A DNA stretch of 64,000 nucleotides from Octopus sinensis (lineage: Eukaryota): NCBI RefSeq assembly GCF_006345805.1, contig NC_043001.1, forward strand, positions 105,710,001 to 105,774,000, given 5' to 3'. Positions within the stretch are counted from its first letter, which is position 1, and every line of letters starts with the position of its first letter. The notes under the pieces are model-generated. The model saw nothing but the letters and a program-made list of their open reading frames with translations, was not told the origin of the DNA and ran no database searches. Positions 13,523 to 26,400 of the stretch are shown here, piece by piece. The position numbers were made by a program, and so were the translations under genes.

Positions 13523-13866
13523 AATCCAAAGTTGGTTATGTGTTCATAATTCGGTGTTTTGTATTTTTCGATAAAAAGGTTTTATCTATTTAATCGGTCT
13601 TGTAAAAACATTGTTTCCTTGCGATAGTAGAAGGAGAAAACCGTGAAGTTTGGTTGAGATTCTCTTCATATGTCACTATATGTTCACTCAAAGATATCTG
13701 TCCATACCATTGGACACAAATATGTTCCTCATGCAGTATAGTATACTGACTAACTGATAAAGTTTCTATCCACAAACTGAAGAAGTTATAATTTGTTCAG
13801 CACAGAGACAATTCATTTTTAGTATATACATACACACACACACATACACACATACGTACACACACA

Positions 13867-13929
<63 letters not shown>

Positions 13930-14241
13930 CAATTTACAACGCAATTCGAAAATGCCCGCTATTTACAAATATTTGTAAAGGGTGAACATATCTATATGCT
14001 ACGTTAGATACATTGGTTGTTCGTCTGGTATGTTGATTTCGTTCATTCGTAATAAATCTTGAATTATGCTTGCACTGAGGATTAAAAAGTGCATTACTGC
14101 AATAATTATGAAATCACGGTGACATGCAACTAAATTCTGTTTTTAAATTACTTGCTTCGAGAGTTGCATTCGGTACGATGTGTTTATTTATTTTGGTAGT
14201 TTTGACTTTTGGCATTTGTGTATAGTAATGCCCTTTATATA

Positions 14242-14299
<58 letters not shown>

Positions 14300-16139
14300 T
14301 ATATTATATATATCCTTTAAATTCGCTTATGAGAAACGTTTTTCAGTACGCAAAGAAAAAGCTGCTCTTTTATTATGTCAGGTACAACCTAGTGATCCCA
14401 ACATGCAATAACAGCTTTATGAGAACGTACAGAGCTGTGCTGACGTAGTGCAGGATAAATATAGTAATAATAATAAAACTAAACCAAGGATAGGATTTTA
14501 AATATATTTCGGAGCATTGCAACGCGTATTTCCACGAAACAATTGATTTTGTGACCAAAGACCACGAACCTGTTCTTGATGGAGGGAAGGAAATAGGCAG
14601 AGCAATTACATTGGCAAATAGGGAGAGGTTATTAGAAACTAAATTTCTCCTTCTTTACAATCCATAATGTTGAAAATTCAAAAAGATTTTAATAGAAGCT
14701 ATAAACTTATATTTTTGTGATTCTCAAATCGATATATTTATATGATGCAAATAGCTAGATTCATATACAAACACATACAGACACACACAGCCCCTCCACA
14801 TACACGCCCCTATGTATATATATATATAATATACTAAGACAGAGAGAGAGACAGACAGACAGAGAGGCAGAGATATATAGAGAGAACTTTAAAGCATAAA
14901 ATTTTAAGTATTGTTTCGGATATATATATAATTATGAAATATGTTGCATTTAATTCAATCTGCAGGCATATCTGCAGTAACATACACTTTAAAGGAAATG
15001 AATTAGATCAACTTAATAACTATCAATATCGGGGTAGGAGACGTATAGAAGAAACGCATATTACAAGCTTGGAGATCAAAGATATAAAATTCTTTTAAAA
15101 TATAGCTATAGGCTTGTTTAAAAAAAATCGATACTTGTGAAATATATTTTAAACTTCCTATCATATATAATGTGATGTCATTTTGAAATGTACATAATTG
15201 CATGTAGTATATTATTTCGCCAACCGATATCATATTAATTGTTTCCTTTTTTTAAATTATTCTGTAATGGATTTGATTGCCATTTGAAATAAAGCTGTAT
15301 GTAACTCTCTACTGAAATCAATTTGATCTGACCCCTGTTATTCTATCAACCTCTCCGTATATATCACTGTTTCTTTTCACAAATACACACAGCCCCCCCC
15401 CCCACACACATAGACACCCCCACACACAAACACACGCATGTGTGTATACATATTCATAGAACTGTATAATTAGTCTTACAGAAGCACAAACTCGCCTACC
15501 CAACCGCCCCACATACATACGAATGTATATTCAGTGAATGGATCGTTAAATCGTTAGACATGCCAATATGCTAACAAACAGACAGCAACAGAAGAAACTG
15601 GTGGGAGGACACGTTAATAGCTAGCATGATCGATTCACTGATTGACTTTGGTGGTGGTTGGAGGATTCGCTTCTAAGTAAAAAGAATATGCAGTTGTCTG
15701 ATTAGTGAGCGTTTGAAATTCAAGAGTTGTTGAAATTGTTAATCAGCAACGTAATACTTGCTTTGCTATTATCTTCTTCTGAAGTTATGGAGACATTGAG
15801 GATTTGAACACCATAAAAGTAATTCATATATCAAAAGGTATTAGTTTTAGGAGAGACATGAATCTTCTTCAAACAGAGACGATGTTCTTCAATGCTGATG
15901 CTGTGCACAGTGAAGAAATAAGGTCGCGCTTTGTGGTACTAATATTGTTTTCAATATATATAAGAGGAGTGATGTTTCACAATGCATGGAACGGACATTG
16001 GTAATATCAAAATGGTTATAATTGGTGTTGCATTGTTTCTGTACAATACACTGTTCGGCAAATGATTGCATTCCGAAACCACAGAAATATTGGATCCAAA
16101 TTTTGGTACAAGACCATCAATTTCCAGGGTGGGTGAAAT

Positions 16140-16923
16140 TAGCCTAGATCGACGCCGAAATGATAAAAGGCAGAATCGACCACGGTGGAATTTGAAGTCA
16201 GGACAGAAAGACGGATGAAATGCTGCTGAACATTTTGGGCGGCGTGTTCAATACTCTGTCAGTTCGCAGCCTTAAACAAAGACATCCGAAACATTAGTTT
16301 CAAATTTTAGCACAAGGCCTGCAATTTGGGGGAGGAGGGGTAGTCGATTACATCCACCCTAGTACTTAACTGGTACTTATTTTATTGACCCCCGAAATGA
16401 TGAAAGGCAAAGACGACCTTGGTAGAATTAGTTCTCAGAACATAAATCCGGACGAAACACCGCTAACTATGTCGCCCGGCGTGCTACAGATTCTGCGATT
16501 TCGCCGCCTGAAACAGCCGGAATATTCATTTCTATTCTAGGCACAAGGCTCGGCAAATTTGCGGAAGGTGCAAGTCGATTAGATTTATCCCGGTATGTAA
16601 CTGGTACTTACTTTATCGATCCCGAAAGGATGAAAGGCAAAGTCGACCTCAGCGGAATTTGAACTCAGAACATAAAGGCAGACGAAATACCTATTTCTTT
16701 ACTACACACAAGGGGCTAAGTACAGAGAAAACAAACAAGGACAAACAAACAGATTAAGTAGATTACATCGACCCCAGTGCGTTGTTGGTTCTTATTTAAT
16801 CGGCTCCGAAAGGATGAAAGGCAAAGTCGACCTCAGCTGAGTTTTAACTCAGAACCTAACGGCAGACGAAATACCGTTAAGCATTTCGACCGGCGTGCTA
16901 ACGTTTCTGCCAGCTCGCCGCCT
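16140..16923 (-). mobile_element. Cluster of four tandem family A SINE units (two degraded monomers plus one dimer)
   Basis: Repeated gatgaaaggcaaagtcgacc.cagcggaatttgaactcagaac. Heads end near 16270, 16510 and 16923. aaacagccggaatat flanks the dimer at 16511-16525 and 16925-16939. Confidence 0.85.
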
Positions 16924-18733
16924 TAAACAGCCGGAATATCGAAACATGTATTCGTGACCGGGCTGCTTTGTAAACTGTATGCGCTCGGGCTCGTATACTC
17001 GTAAGCTATCCGCCTAGCATTTATAATACATATTTTTAAGTAGTACTGAAAATAGCACATCAAACAACATGAAGGTATTGAATGCTCATTTAAAGTAAGA
17101 ACAATCAATTTCGAATCAATTGTTTATATATATATATATATATATAAACAATTGACAATATAAACAATATGTCGTTTAAAACACTTTTTCTTCAAAACAA
17201 CGTCAAATTTCATTTCGAAATTGAATATTTTCACAGTTATTCACTACTTGAAGATATTCTTTCTATCATTTGTGCCAAAGCCAATACAAGTAAACAATAA
17301 AATAGCCAACACCTGTAAAATTCTCAACTCTAATACTTAAGAAGCTATAAATAGAACTATAAAAAGAATTTTCTACTAACCAAAAAATAGACCATGGCGT
17401 TCAATGTCTCAAGTTACATAAATACATATTAGTTTTAAAACCAAACTGAATTTGCTTAAGAAAATCTTGAAAATGGAGAGAATTTGAAGGGTTAATGTAC
17501 TTAAATCCATTTTAGAATATAACAGTTTTTACAATTAAAATGATCAGAAATCGTCTGCTACGTAAAGCTATTATATCACGTAGATAATTAGAAAATTTGG
17601 AGATTAATCAGTGTGCACTAGTTGTCATATTCCTGTCTAAATCTAATTAATAACTCGTAAACATTTGTTGAGATTTCATTTCAATTTACGGTTTCCATAT
17701 TCGTATTATTGTCTAAATTAGTATATCTTTGGTATTGTAAGGTATTTCTTAACTATTTCATAATAATACCCGGGAATTATATGATGCAGCCTAGGGGATA
17801 TGCCCGGATCTTAGATATGATAGCTTTGATATCCCACGAAAAAGAATCTGCTGGGCAGATTTCGGTATTTATCAGGAAGGTGAACAGTTTAATATGATAG
17901 GTAGAGATGGCCACAGCTTACAGAAATTTCATCATGATATTCGAAGAAATACTTTTAAAGATAACAGTAGATTCGAAACCAAGTGTGGTTAAACCAGTGC
18001 ATGGAATTCTATATTTAAATCTATTTTACGATGAATGAAGTCTTTAAAATGTAACTAAACAAAAGACCAGGCTACATTCCACACAGCCTCCAATAAACAT
18101 GTGAAACTTTGCCAATAATATTAGTTTTCAATATTTGGCCTGCGATGTTGAAGTGGTGGTATATATCTGTAATATTGACTTCAGTGATCAAGTACTTATC
18201 TTATTCACGCAGCAAAGATGAAAGCTGGAACGACCTCAACGGAAATTAATTTAATGATAGTCATAAGCTCACAACCAGTTTAGCCTTGCAAACGAATCCT
18301 TTATATGAATTGTGTATAATAGGCAGCGTGCATGAAATTGTATTGGATTCTAAGTTAGATTGCTTTAGATAGTGGACAGAATGATTACACTATGCACAGA
18401 AATGGATAGCAAATATCAGATAATACAACGTGTGATACAGAATAGGAACTCAGAAGATTCTATTTCTCAAGAAACAAACATAAAAATAAGGCACTGTGTA
18501 GTGCCTTCTTTGTTTGTAAACACAAAGGTGTTTCCATTTAATACACGCGCAAAGCATACACACATCTATACATACATTATAGGCACATGTATGAAGGTAT
18601 GTACGTGTGTATATATGTATGTATTCATACATGCATGTATGCATCTATCTATGTACGCATACATGCATGCGTTTATGTGTGTATGTTTGTATGCATTTAT
18701 ATGTATGTATATCTATATAATTATGTATGTATA

Positions 18734-19362
18734 CAAGGTGCGTTTAAAAATAGACTGACATTTTTCTCTTTAAAACTAATGCCGCGTTGGCAAAATCCTT
18801 TAGATATAAGGCAGCACCACCCTTCCTGTGCATGTCTGAAAATTTTGGCAACAGTGGGCTCATCATTTCATGGTTATTACGCTTAGAGTACAGTAGATTT
18901 TTGTTTTCACCGACGCATCGAGCAGAAATGTTTCGAAGTTTACGAAAAGCTTGCTGATACTCAAGCACAAACAATTCTGAGGATTTGGCAGGCCTTTGGC
19001 GATGATGCCACGGGCAAAACTCAGATCACCGAGTGGCACAACCACTTCAAATATAGCCGCACTTCAAATATAGTGAGCAGGCTGTCCACAAGCCGGAACG
19101 AGAAGCTGATTGAGAAGGTTCGGCAAATAGTCATGGGAGACCGTCGGGTAACAATGAAGGACATTGCTCAAGAAGTGACAATAAGCACAGAATCAATGCA
19201 TTCCATTTTAACGAAGGATTTTTGCACACGGTGGGTGTGCATCGGCGAAATTTCGCCCAAGGTGCTGGCAGAGCAGCAGAATCAACTCCACGTGGAAATT
19301 GCTCAGGCCATGCTGGAAGGTGCAAACGACAGCCCGGATACCACGAAGAGCAGCTTCACATA
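18734..19362 (+). mobile_element. mariner (Tc1/mariner) transposon remnant, 5' half only
   Basis: TA|caaggtgcgtttaaaaatag TIR-like start. Degenerate HTH region (QAFGDDATGKTQITEWHNHFK) followed by SRLSTSRNEKLIEKVRQIVMGDRRVTMKDIAQEVTISTESMHSILTKD, a typical mariner N-terminal domain. No DDD domain or right TIR found. Confidence 0.8.
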
Positions 19363-19651
19363 GATTTATGGTCTCTGCGCGTCTTTACGCTATGAGTAAC
19401 AGCGGGGGACTAACGAGGCCTACCGACGTGAAAAGTTTCTCACATGCGCAGGGAGGATGACGTCACCCATCACACACAGGATGTTTCCCACGTAACGTTG
19501 GTTTTGGCGGAAAAGATTAATGTCGAATACATCAAATAATCAAAATATTAAATTAATGTTGGCCTAAAAGATATCGACCCTTGGTAATGTATGTGATATC
19601 TTTTCCTTTCTGCCTGAAAAATCTTGCCCCTCATTTCTTTTACACATTTAC

Positions 19652-20057
19652 CCTTTTACATTTTTACTAGTTTCAGTCATTTGACTGTGGCCATGCTGGA
19701 GTACCGCCTTAAGTTGAGCAAATTGACCACAGGACTTATTCTTTGTAAGTCTAGTACTTATTCTATCTGTCTCTTTTGCCGAACCGCTAAGTTACGGGAA
19801 GTAAACACATCAGCATCGGTTGCCAAGTGATGATGGGCGGACAAACACAGACACACAAACATATACACACACGTACATACACACACACACACACACACAT
19901 ACACACACACATATATATATATATATTCATGTATACGACGGGCTTCTTTCCGTTTCCGCCGACCAAATCCACTCCGATAGGGGCCACGCAGTGGGGCTGA
20001 ATCCGGAACAATGTTGTTGGGAAGCAAGCAATTTACCACAGAGCCACCCCTACGCCT
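19652..20057 (-). mobile_element. SINE family B, full-length diverged copy
   Basis: Reverse complement of the tail (tttcagtcatttgactgtggccatgctggagtaccgcc), internal (CA)n(TA)n, and head ending gagccacccctacgcct. Confidence 0.85.
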
Positions 20058-20164
20058 CAACGTAAAATATGAAAACAGCAGTAACGACTAATTTCTAGAC
20101 TGTGTGCGATGGTATAGTTTCAAACGATATTTTATTTCAATATTACTTCTTGCTTTGGTAGGAT

Positions 20165-20460
20165 AGAGTGTCGCGTGATCACGTGAAAGACACAGATGTG
20201 TGGATGTTGTACGTCGATGATCAGAATTCGCTTCGCATCCTCTTAGCTTTCGAATGATCCGACCCCACTGGCTAAGCAAGCAAGCTAGCATTACTCCCGA
20301 CCGGCAGGCTAGTTTGTCACATGGTTACCCATTTCGAGCTGAGTGAACTGGCGCAACATGAAAGGAAGTGTTTTGTTCAAAACACAACGCCATAACGTCA
20401 CAGCCCGTAGTAGGAGCGGAAATCGAAACCACAATCTCATGATCGTGAGCGCAAACCAGA
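20165..20460 (-). mobile_element. Degraded SINE with family C-like tail and tRNA head with a Meta-like core
   Basis: tgatcacgtga...cttagctttcgaatga...ctggctaagcaagc matches the tail at 48265-48365. Then gagctgagtgaactggcgcaac...ttcaaaacacaac and aatcgaaaccacaatc (B-box, reverse strand). Confidence 0.55.
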
Positions 20461-20868
20461 TTATACATCTAATTAATTCTGGAATATCAACCATCTCCCA
20501 GCTAATTTCGTTAGTATTTTGTTTCTGGTTTCTGCCACATTAAAAGTGTAATTATATAGGCACATGTTGCGCATTAGGAACAAAATCTTTGTTTATTTTC
20601 CCTCGCAAATGAACGAATGAATTAACTATTCCGAGAGAAGAAATCGATTTCACATATTTTACAGTCTTCGTTGTCATACATATCCAGCTCAAAACAAATT
20701 AATACATGATTTATTTTTTCGTTTGAAATCCATATTATGGACTAAAACGACCAATTCAGTTTTATATCTGTACTTACCTCGTAATCATCTTTAGTCATAA
20801 AATTCAATACCAGTCCATTATACACTATTTCAGTGACTTTCGCGAGGAATTATAATTAATATATATAG

Positions 20869-20949
<81 letters not shown>

Positions 20950-20963
20950 TGTGTGTGTGTGTG

Positions 20964-21190
20964 TAATTATAAATTACGGTATCTACGAGATACCACCATG
21001 CTGAAAATAGCACCCATGATCTGACACTAAAACTACCTCAATTGTCCATATCGCAAACACAGAGAGAAAACAAAGAGACAAGACGAAGCCAGTAAAAATT
21101 TACTGGATAATACTAGTTCTCGGATTTCTGACTTTGCATTTAGGAATGCTTTGCCAGGTCACTAGAATACACACAGAAAAGAAACATAAA
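20964..21190. mobile_element. Truncated, oppositely oriented copy of the MITE at 21348-21825
   Basis: Shares ggtatctacgagatacc...ctgaaaatagca...attgtccatatcgcaaac with the MITE arm. 21060-21190 is the reverse complement of the MITE centre (about 21533-21645). Confidence 0.75.
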
Positions 21191-21347
21191 TACATATATA
21201 TATAAATACAACCTACGAATACCCACATATACGAATATATACACATATATATATATGCACGTATGCATCAAGGCCAGTTCAAAATGCCCGCCGTTTAATT
21301 CCATGTGAGATATGGTTAAAATATCACCGCAGTAAATACAGTAATGA

Positions 21348-21825
21348 ATAAGGATAAGATCGTTAATTTAAAATAAAATAATGATTTTATCAAGTGGCCA
21401 GCATGGAAAAAATAACCTTCAAAGGTAATAATTATTAAAATTATAAATTTGGGTATCTACGAGATACCATCTTGCTGAAAATAGCAGCCATAATCTGACT
21501 CTAAAACCATCTTAATTGTCCATATCGCAAACATATTCTATTGACGAGGCAAAGCATTCCTAAATGCAAAGTCAGAAATCCCGGATCTAGAATTATTCAG
21601 TAATTTTTTTACTAGCTTCAACTTGTCCCTTTTTTCTCTCTCCGGGTCCGCTATATGGAAATTAAGGCGCTTTTAGAGTAAGATCATGGATCATTAGGGT
21701 ATCTCGTAGATACTCTAAATTATAATTTTAATAATTATTACCTTTGCCCTTTGAAGGTTATTTTTTCCATGCTGGCCACTTGATAAAATCGTTATTTTAT
21801 TTTAAATTAAGGATCTTTACCTTAT
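21348..21825. mobile_element. MITE/foldback element of about 478 bp with ~180-bp terminal inverted repeats
   Basis: ataaggataagatcgttaatttaaaataaaataatgattttatcaagtggccagcatggaaaaaataaccttcaaagg... at 21348 is reverse complemented at 21825. The outer ~105 bp are near perfect apart from a 7-nt insertion. No ORF. Confidence 0.85.
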
Positions 21826-21832
21826 GTATATA

Positions 21833-21917
<85 letters not shown>

Positions 21918-21944
21918 TATATATACATACATATATATTATATA

Positions 21945-21990
<46 letters not shown>

Positions 21991-22040
21991 CGGTGATGTA
22001 CTCGCATAGCAAGTAATTTGATCTGAGATCGTGTTATATA

Positions 22041-22073
<33 letters not shown>

Positions 22074-22373
22074 CATTATATAATTAGGGCTTAGTAAAAT
22101 AAATTACTTTGTCCTTTTACATACTGAACACTTGGTGAAATTGATTGATTAATTAATTTTACCCTCAATTGTTGATATATATATATACATATATATATCT
22201 GTTAACGCCAAATGATATATATCTAAAGAAACATTTCTTTTGTATCCTAGTATGCGATCTTAGAATTTTTTTCCAAAAACCCTTGGAAACTTAGATTCTA
22301 CATTAAAGCATATATACTTAAAATCAAGGTGACATTTTGTCTTTCCATATTACGTGAAAAATTTTGTGTTTAG

Positions 22374-22438
22374 AAACGAAGAATCTGACATCAAATTACG
22401 AATATGCATCTCTGTCCTACAAGCTTTTGCTGTTATAG
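22374..22438 (+). CDS. Candidate internal exon (phase 2 to 1), NEESDIKLRICISVLQAFAVI
   Basis: Acceptor tttgtgtttag|, donor atag|gtaagt, 65 nt, and a single open frame compatible with the 3566-3609 candidate. No homology recognised. Confidence 0.25.
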
Positions 22439-24289
22439 GTAAGTTCCAGGTACTATTAATCTCGACATCCTTGAAACATTTGTTATTCTCGAGTGGTACA
22501 AAGAAATAACTTACGCAAGCGCATTCATTGCTACTATACGATTCCATTATAAACAGGGGAATTCATCACGTTTTGTCAGCGTAAGGCGAGCGGTGTGTAA
22601 TTGCGTTTTCGTTGTGAATATAATTCCATGTATGATGCGGAATGTGTAAGTCTCCATGAATGTAATTAGTTTTATAAGTGTTTGAAAGTGTGGCTGTCTA
22701 TGTGCATGTGTGTGAGAATATGTGTATGTCTGTGTGCGTTTGTACGTGTGTGTGTGTGTGCGTATAAGGTTATACAATCGTGTGAATATTCACATACTCT
22801 AACCCCTATCGGTAGTCTTTGGCATTATATTAGCATATCGCATTTATTTGCCAGAAAATCGCAGCTGGATTGGCATAGGTGTCACGTTTAATTTGATAAA
22901 GTTGCAAGAAATAATTAGATATATTCATTCCAAGTTAATAAATCGTAAATGATTGGCAATAGTATCAGTGATTTTAATCCAATATCCATCCATCTTCAGT
23001 AAATACGTAGCCAATACGATTCTGTATACTGTTGTTAATGCTACTTAAGACATAATGAAATCAATCAAAATTTGCTCTCCTTGATTCAGTTATCTCAAAG
23101 GGATGTTTGTGTTTATATATGAAAAGCCTACAGATTCAAAATTAAATCTTCATCATCGCGATACTTTACTAAATTTTGCGAAGTATGATTGTTATTATGA
23201 TATGCCATTCCTCAAATTTCATTGTGGTCAAAGTTATCAACCCTATAATGGAATACAATAGGCACTTTAGATATGCGTCCACTTCGGTATTCGATATTGA
23301 AATTTGTGTGAATGGATTTGTGTTAGTGAGCAAAATTTCACTTAAATTTATATGGTGCTAAATGGAATTTTAACGGGAATAAGTGCCACGTATTTTGTGA
23401 ACGAGCAAATATTTTCCAAGTTTATGACATTATAAAGTATACATGATGCCATATGTGTGCGATAAATAAAAAGCTATTAGGAGCCCTACATCTTTGCTTA
23501 TGTCTGTTTATATTCTCATTTTGCATTCTATCTTCACCGAGTTTACATTATTTTAAAGTAGCAAGTCCTTATGGTAAACCGAGATAATTTACGAATTGAC
23601 ACTCCACGTAAGGAAATCAGGTCCAATGCTAAAATATCACGTTGGCCATGACATCTCGAAAGAAAAAAAAAAGCCTTATATTAATTAATGCAGTGGAAGT
23701 AGATGATTAAATGTCGACCTAAAGCTACGAATCAGTTCATTATTCAACATTTGTTCCCTCTCTCTTTCTGTATAGTACAAATGCAATTTTAAATTTGCCT
23801 ACTGAATCCATTTGTGATTATAAATACTGCAGAAAATATATACACCAACCAATTTGACTTTATGATTTTCTATAAGTTGCAATATTACAATGGGGAACAT
23901 GTCAAGAATCGTTTCAAAACTCAATATGAGACACAAGCATTGCATTAAAGATATTATACACAGAAAGAACGTCAATTCGCGAAAACTATCTTCATTAAAT
24001 GAGGCACAGTCGATCAATTCAAATGTTTCCTCACAGAATTCCTAGAGTAAATGCTAAAGAAATCTGAAATTGTTTCGATGGTTCAGTCAGGACTAAGGAC
24101 ACAATTAGAAAAACATTATACTAGTATTTTCATTTTCATTTCTATAGTTAGTACTCTATCGGATTCTAATACTCCTATATACTTATAACTCTCTCATTCT
24201 TTCAATGATTTTAATGTTTGGCCATTTGTTATTTGGATGCCTTCACCGTTAAACTACATTCCTCTTTCACATTACTGATGCTGCACATT

Positions 24290-24820
24290 TATTTATGCCA
24301 AATTCCATGCATGTATCTTTGCTGAAGAGTCAAATATTTTGGAATCTTTTTCATTCTTACTAAATAGCTTCATAGCAATCATGTAGAACGAATGGTTAAT
24401 TTTTCCATTACAATTTCTGAACTGATACTCTCTCTTCGCCTTCCATAATACTAAAATGAGGGGGATTAAACTTAAGACAAATACTAAATGGGATAACGAG
24501 TCCCCTTGGAAAATTTCTCCCTTCATATCAACTTTACCTGAGAATAGATCTACTTTCCATTTCTCCATGTTAAAACTAATTCTCTTACGTTGTCTGCTCT
24601 ACTGTATATACTCAAACATTTACTTAACCATGAGTGTGAAATCATGTCATAAGCTTTCTTATAATCTATCCATGCTACTGTTAAATTTTTCTTTCTAAAT
24701 TTTGCTTCATTTATATGCATTTTCTATGTGTACAATAGAACATGATTTCTTCTGGCCTTCTTCTTGCAACCTTTCTATTTTTTCCGGCAGCATTCTGAAA
24801 GCATTCCCGTTAATAGCTTC
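24290..24820 (-). pseudogene. R4/Dong-like non-LTR reverse transcriptase fragment
   Basis: Minus strand gives LTVAWIDYKKAYDMISHSW and GEIFQGDSLSHLVFVLSLIPL...KINHSFYMIAMKLF, matching RT motifs WIDYKKAYD, QGDSLSP and the decayed YMDD. Frameshifted; abuts (AAT)n. Confidence 0.8.
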
Positions 24821-24825
24821 TACGT

Positions 24826-24828
24826 AAC

Positions 24829-24889
<61 letters not shown>

Positions 24890-25012
24890 TAATAATAATA
24901 ATAATGATGATGATGATGATAATAATGTTGATGATGATGATGATGATGATGATAATAATAATATTAATAATCATTATTATTATTATTATCATTATTATTA
25001 TCATTATTATTA

Positions 25013-25082
<70 letters not shown>

Positions 25083-25083
25083 C
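24826..25083. repeat. (AAT)n(GAT)n followed by (CAT/TAT)n: inverted trinucleotide microsatellite
   Basis: Direct reading of the sequence. It is the source of the spurious poly-Ile/Leu/Met ORFs. Confidence 0.9.
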
Positions 25084-25616
25084 ACAATTGTAATTGTTCT
25101 TGGTGATGTTGTTGTTATCAAGAAAGGATTCTTATTTCATCGTTCTTCTAAATGGAACTTTTGTGTTCTGCACTTCTCCCTTGATTTGCTTTCTATCATT
25201 GTTATCGCATTGCTTCTCACACTGCTACACTCAGCATTGAATTGTATGCTGTGTTTACGTAACATTACACAATATTTATTCTCTATTCGTACATGCGATT
25301 ACAGAATGACACCTTTTTCTGCACATCTCGTATAAGACTAATATCTATTCTACCCATGTTACTTCCTAACATACACTTATTTCCTATCTGATAAACAAGG
25401 AAGGCAGGTCTTGAATTATATGTTGGTAGTTATTTCTGATAGAAAGTGTACATTAGCTGTAATATATTCCACATTGAAGAATTTTATACTTAAATTGCAC
25501 GAGATGTCTTTCGATACGTTATTTACTATATCATTGTTCCTTTCTAAAAGTTTTCTTCAACCAGGGTTTTCATATTCTCGAGGTAATTCATTTTTCTCTT
25601 TTCCTTACATAAGACC

Positions 25617-25775
25617 AGGCGTAGCTGTGTAATATGAAGATTGCCCCCCAGACCCATGGTTCTAGGTTTAGTCCCACTGCGCAGTACCCTGGGTAAGCTT
25701 CTTTTTCAATAACCTACATCAGACAAAATCTTGTGAGTGAATTTGTTAGGCAGAAACTGAAAGAAGCGGTGCTAT
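25617..25775 (+). mobile_element. SINE family B head, diverged
   Basis: aggcgtagctgtgtaatatgaagattgc...ggtttagtcccactgcg...cttgtgagtgaatttgttaggcagaaactgaaagaagc. Confidence 0.75.
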
Positions 25776-25859
25776 ATACACATACATACCACACATACAT
25801 ACATACATACATACATACATACATACATACATACATACATACATACACATACATACATA

Positions 25860-26400
25860 CAGCAAGACCATTGTGAAACCAATAACATTATCATAGCAGA
25901 ACATGCAGTTGCGAAGAAGGGAGGCTGGGGATGTACGGATCAATCGCTAATCAACAAAACTGAAATGTCAGAGGTGCGAGAGTATAGGAGGAACCAAGTT
26001 TCAATGTGGCTAGATTATAAGAAAGCCTTTGACTTTGACCCTCACTCATGGAGGCTAGAAGCCCTTCAACTTGCTAAAGTTCCATAGCTGACCTGATTTC
26101 ATACGTGGGCCATCATCTTGAAATTAAACTGAAAGTGTGACTGTCTTATCACCGATAGAATACAATATCGCAAAGGCATATTCCAAAGAGACAGCCTCTC
26201 TGCGGTGTGGTTTATACTTTCTGTAAACCCCTTGTCATTCATGTTAAGGGAGTCTGAAGGATGTATCACTGGTTCACAAGGAAACAGAAATACCAAAATT
26301 ACACAGTTTCTTTGTGGATGACTTCAAATTTTATGCAAAGTATATGCATGTGATGAAAAAGAGCCTTGGCCGAGTTACAACATTCTCAAAGGATGTAGGG
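25860..26400 (+). pseudogene. Second, divergent R4/Dong-like reverse transcriptase fragment
   Basis: Translates KKGGWGCTDQSLINK...MWLDYKKAFDFDPHSW...KGIFQRDSLSAVWFILSVNPLSFML...(frameshift)FFVDDFKFYAK. Contains stops and frameshifts. Confidence 0.8.

Noticed and set aside
17760-18010. Possible CR1-like 3' remnant (RDGHSLQK...DIRRNTF)
   Set aside because: Only a short, weak motif resemblance; not supportable without a profile search.
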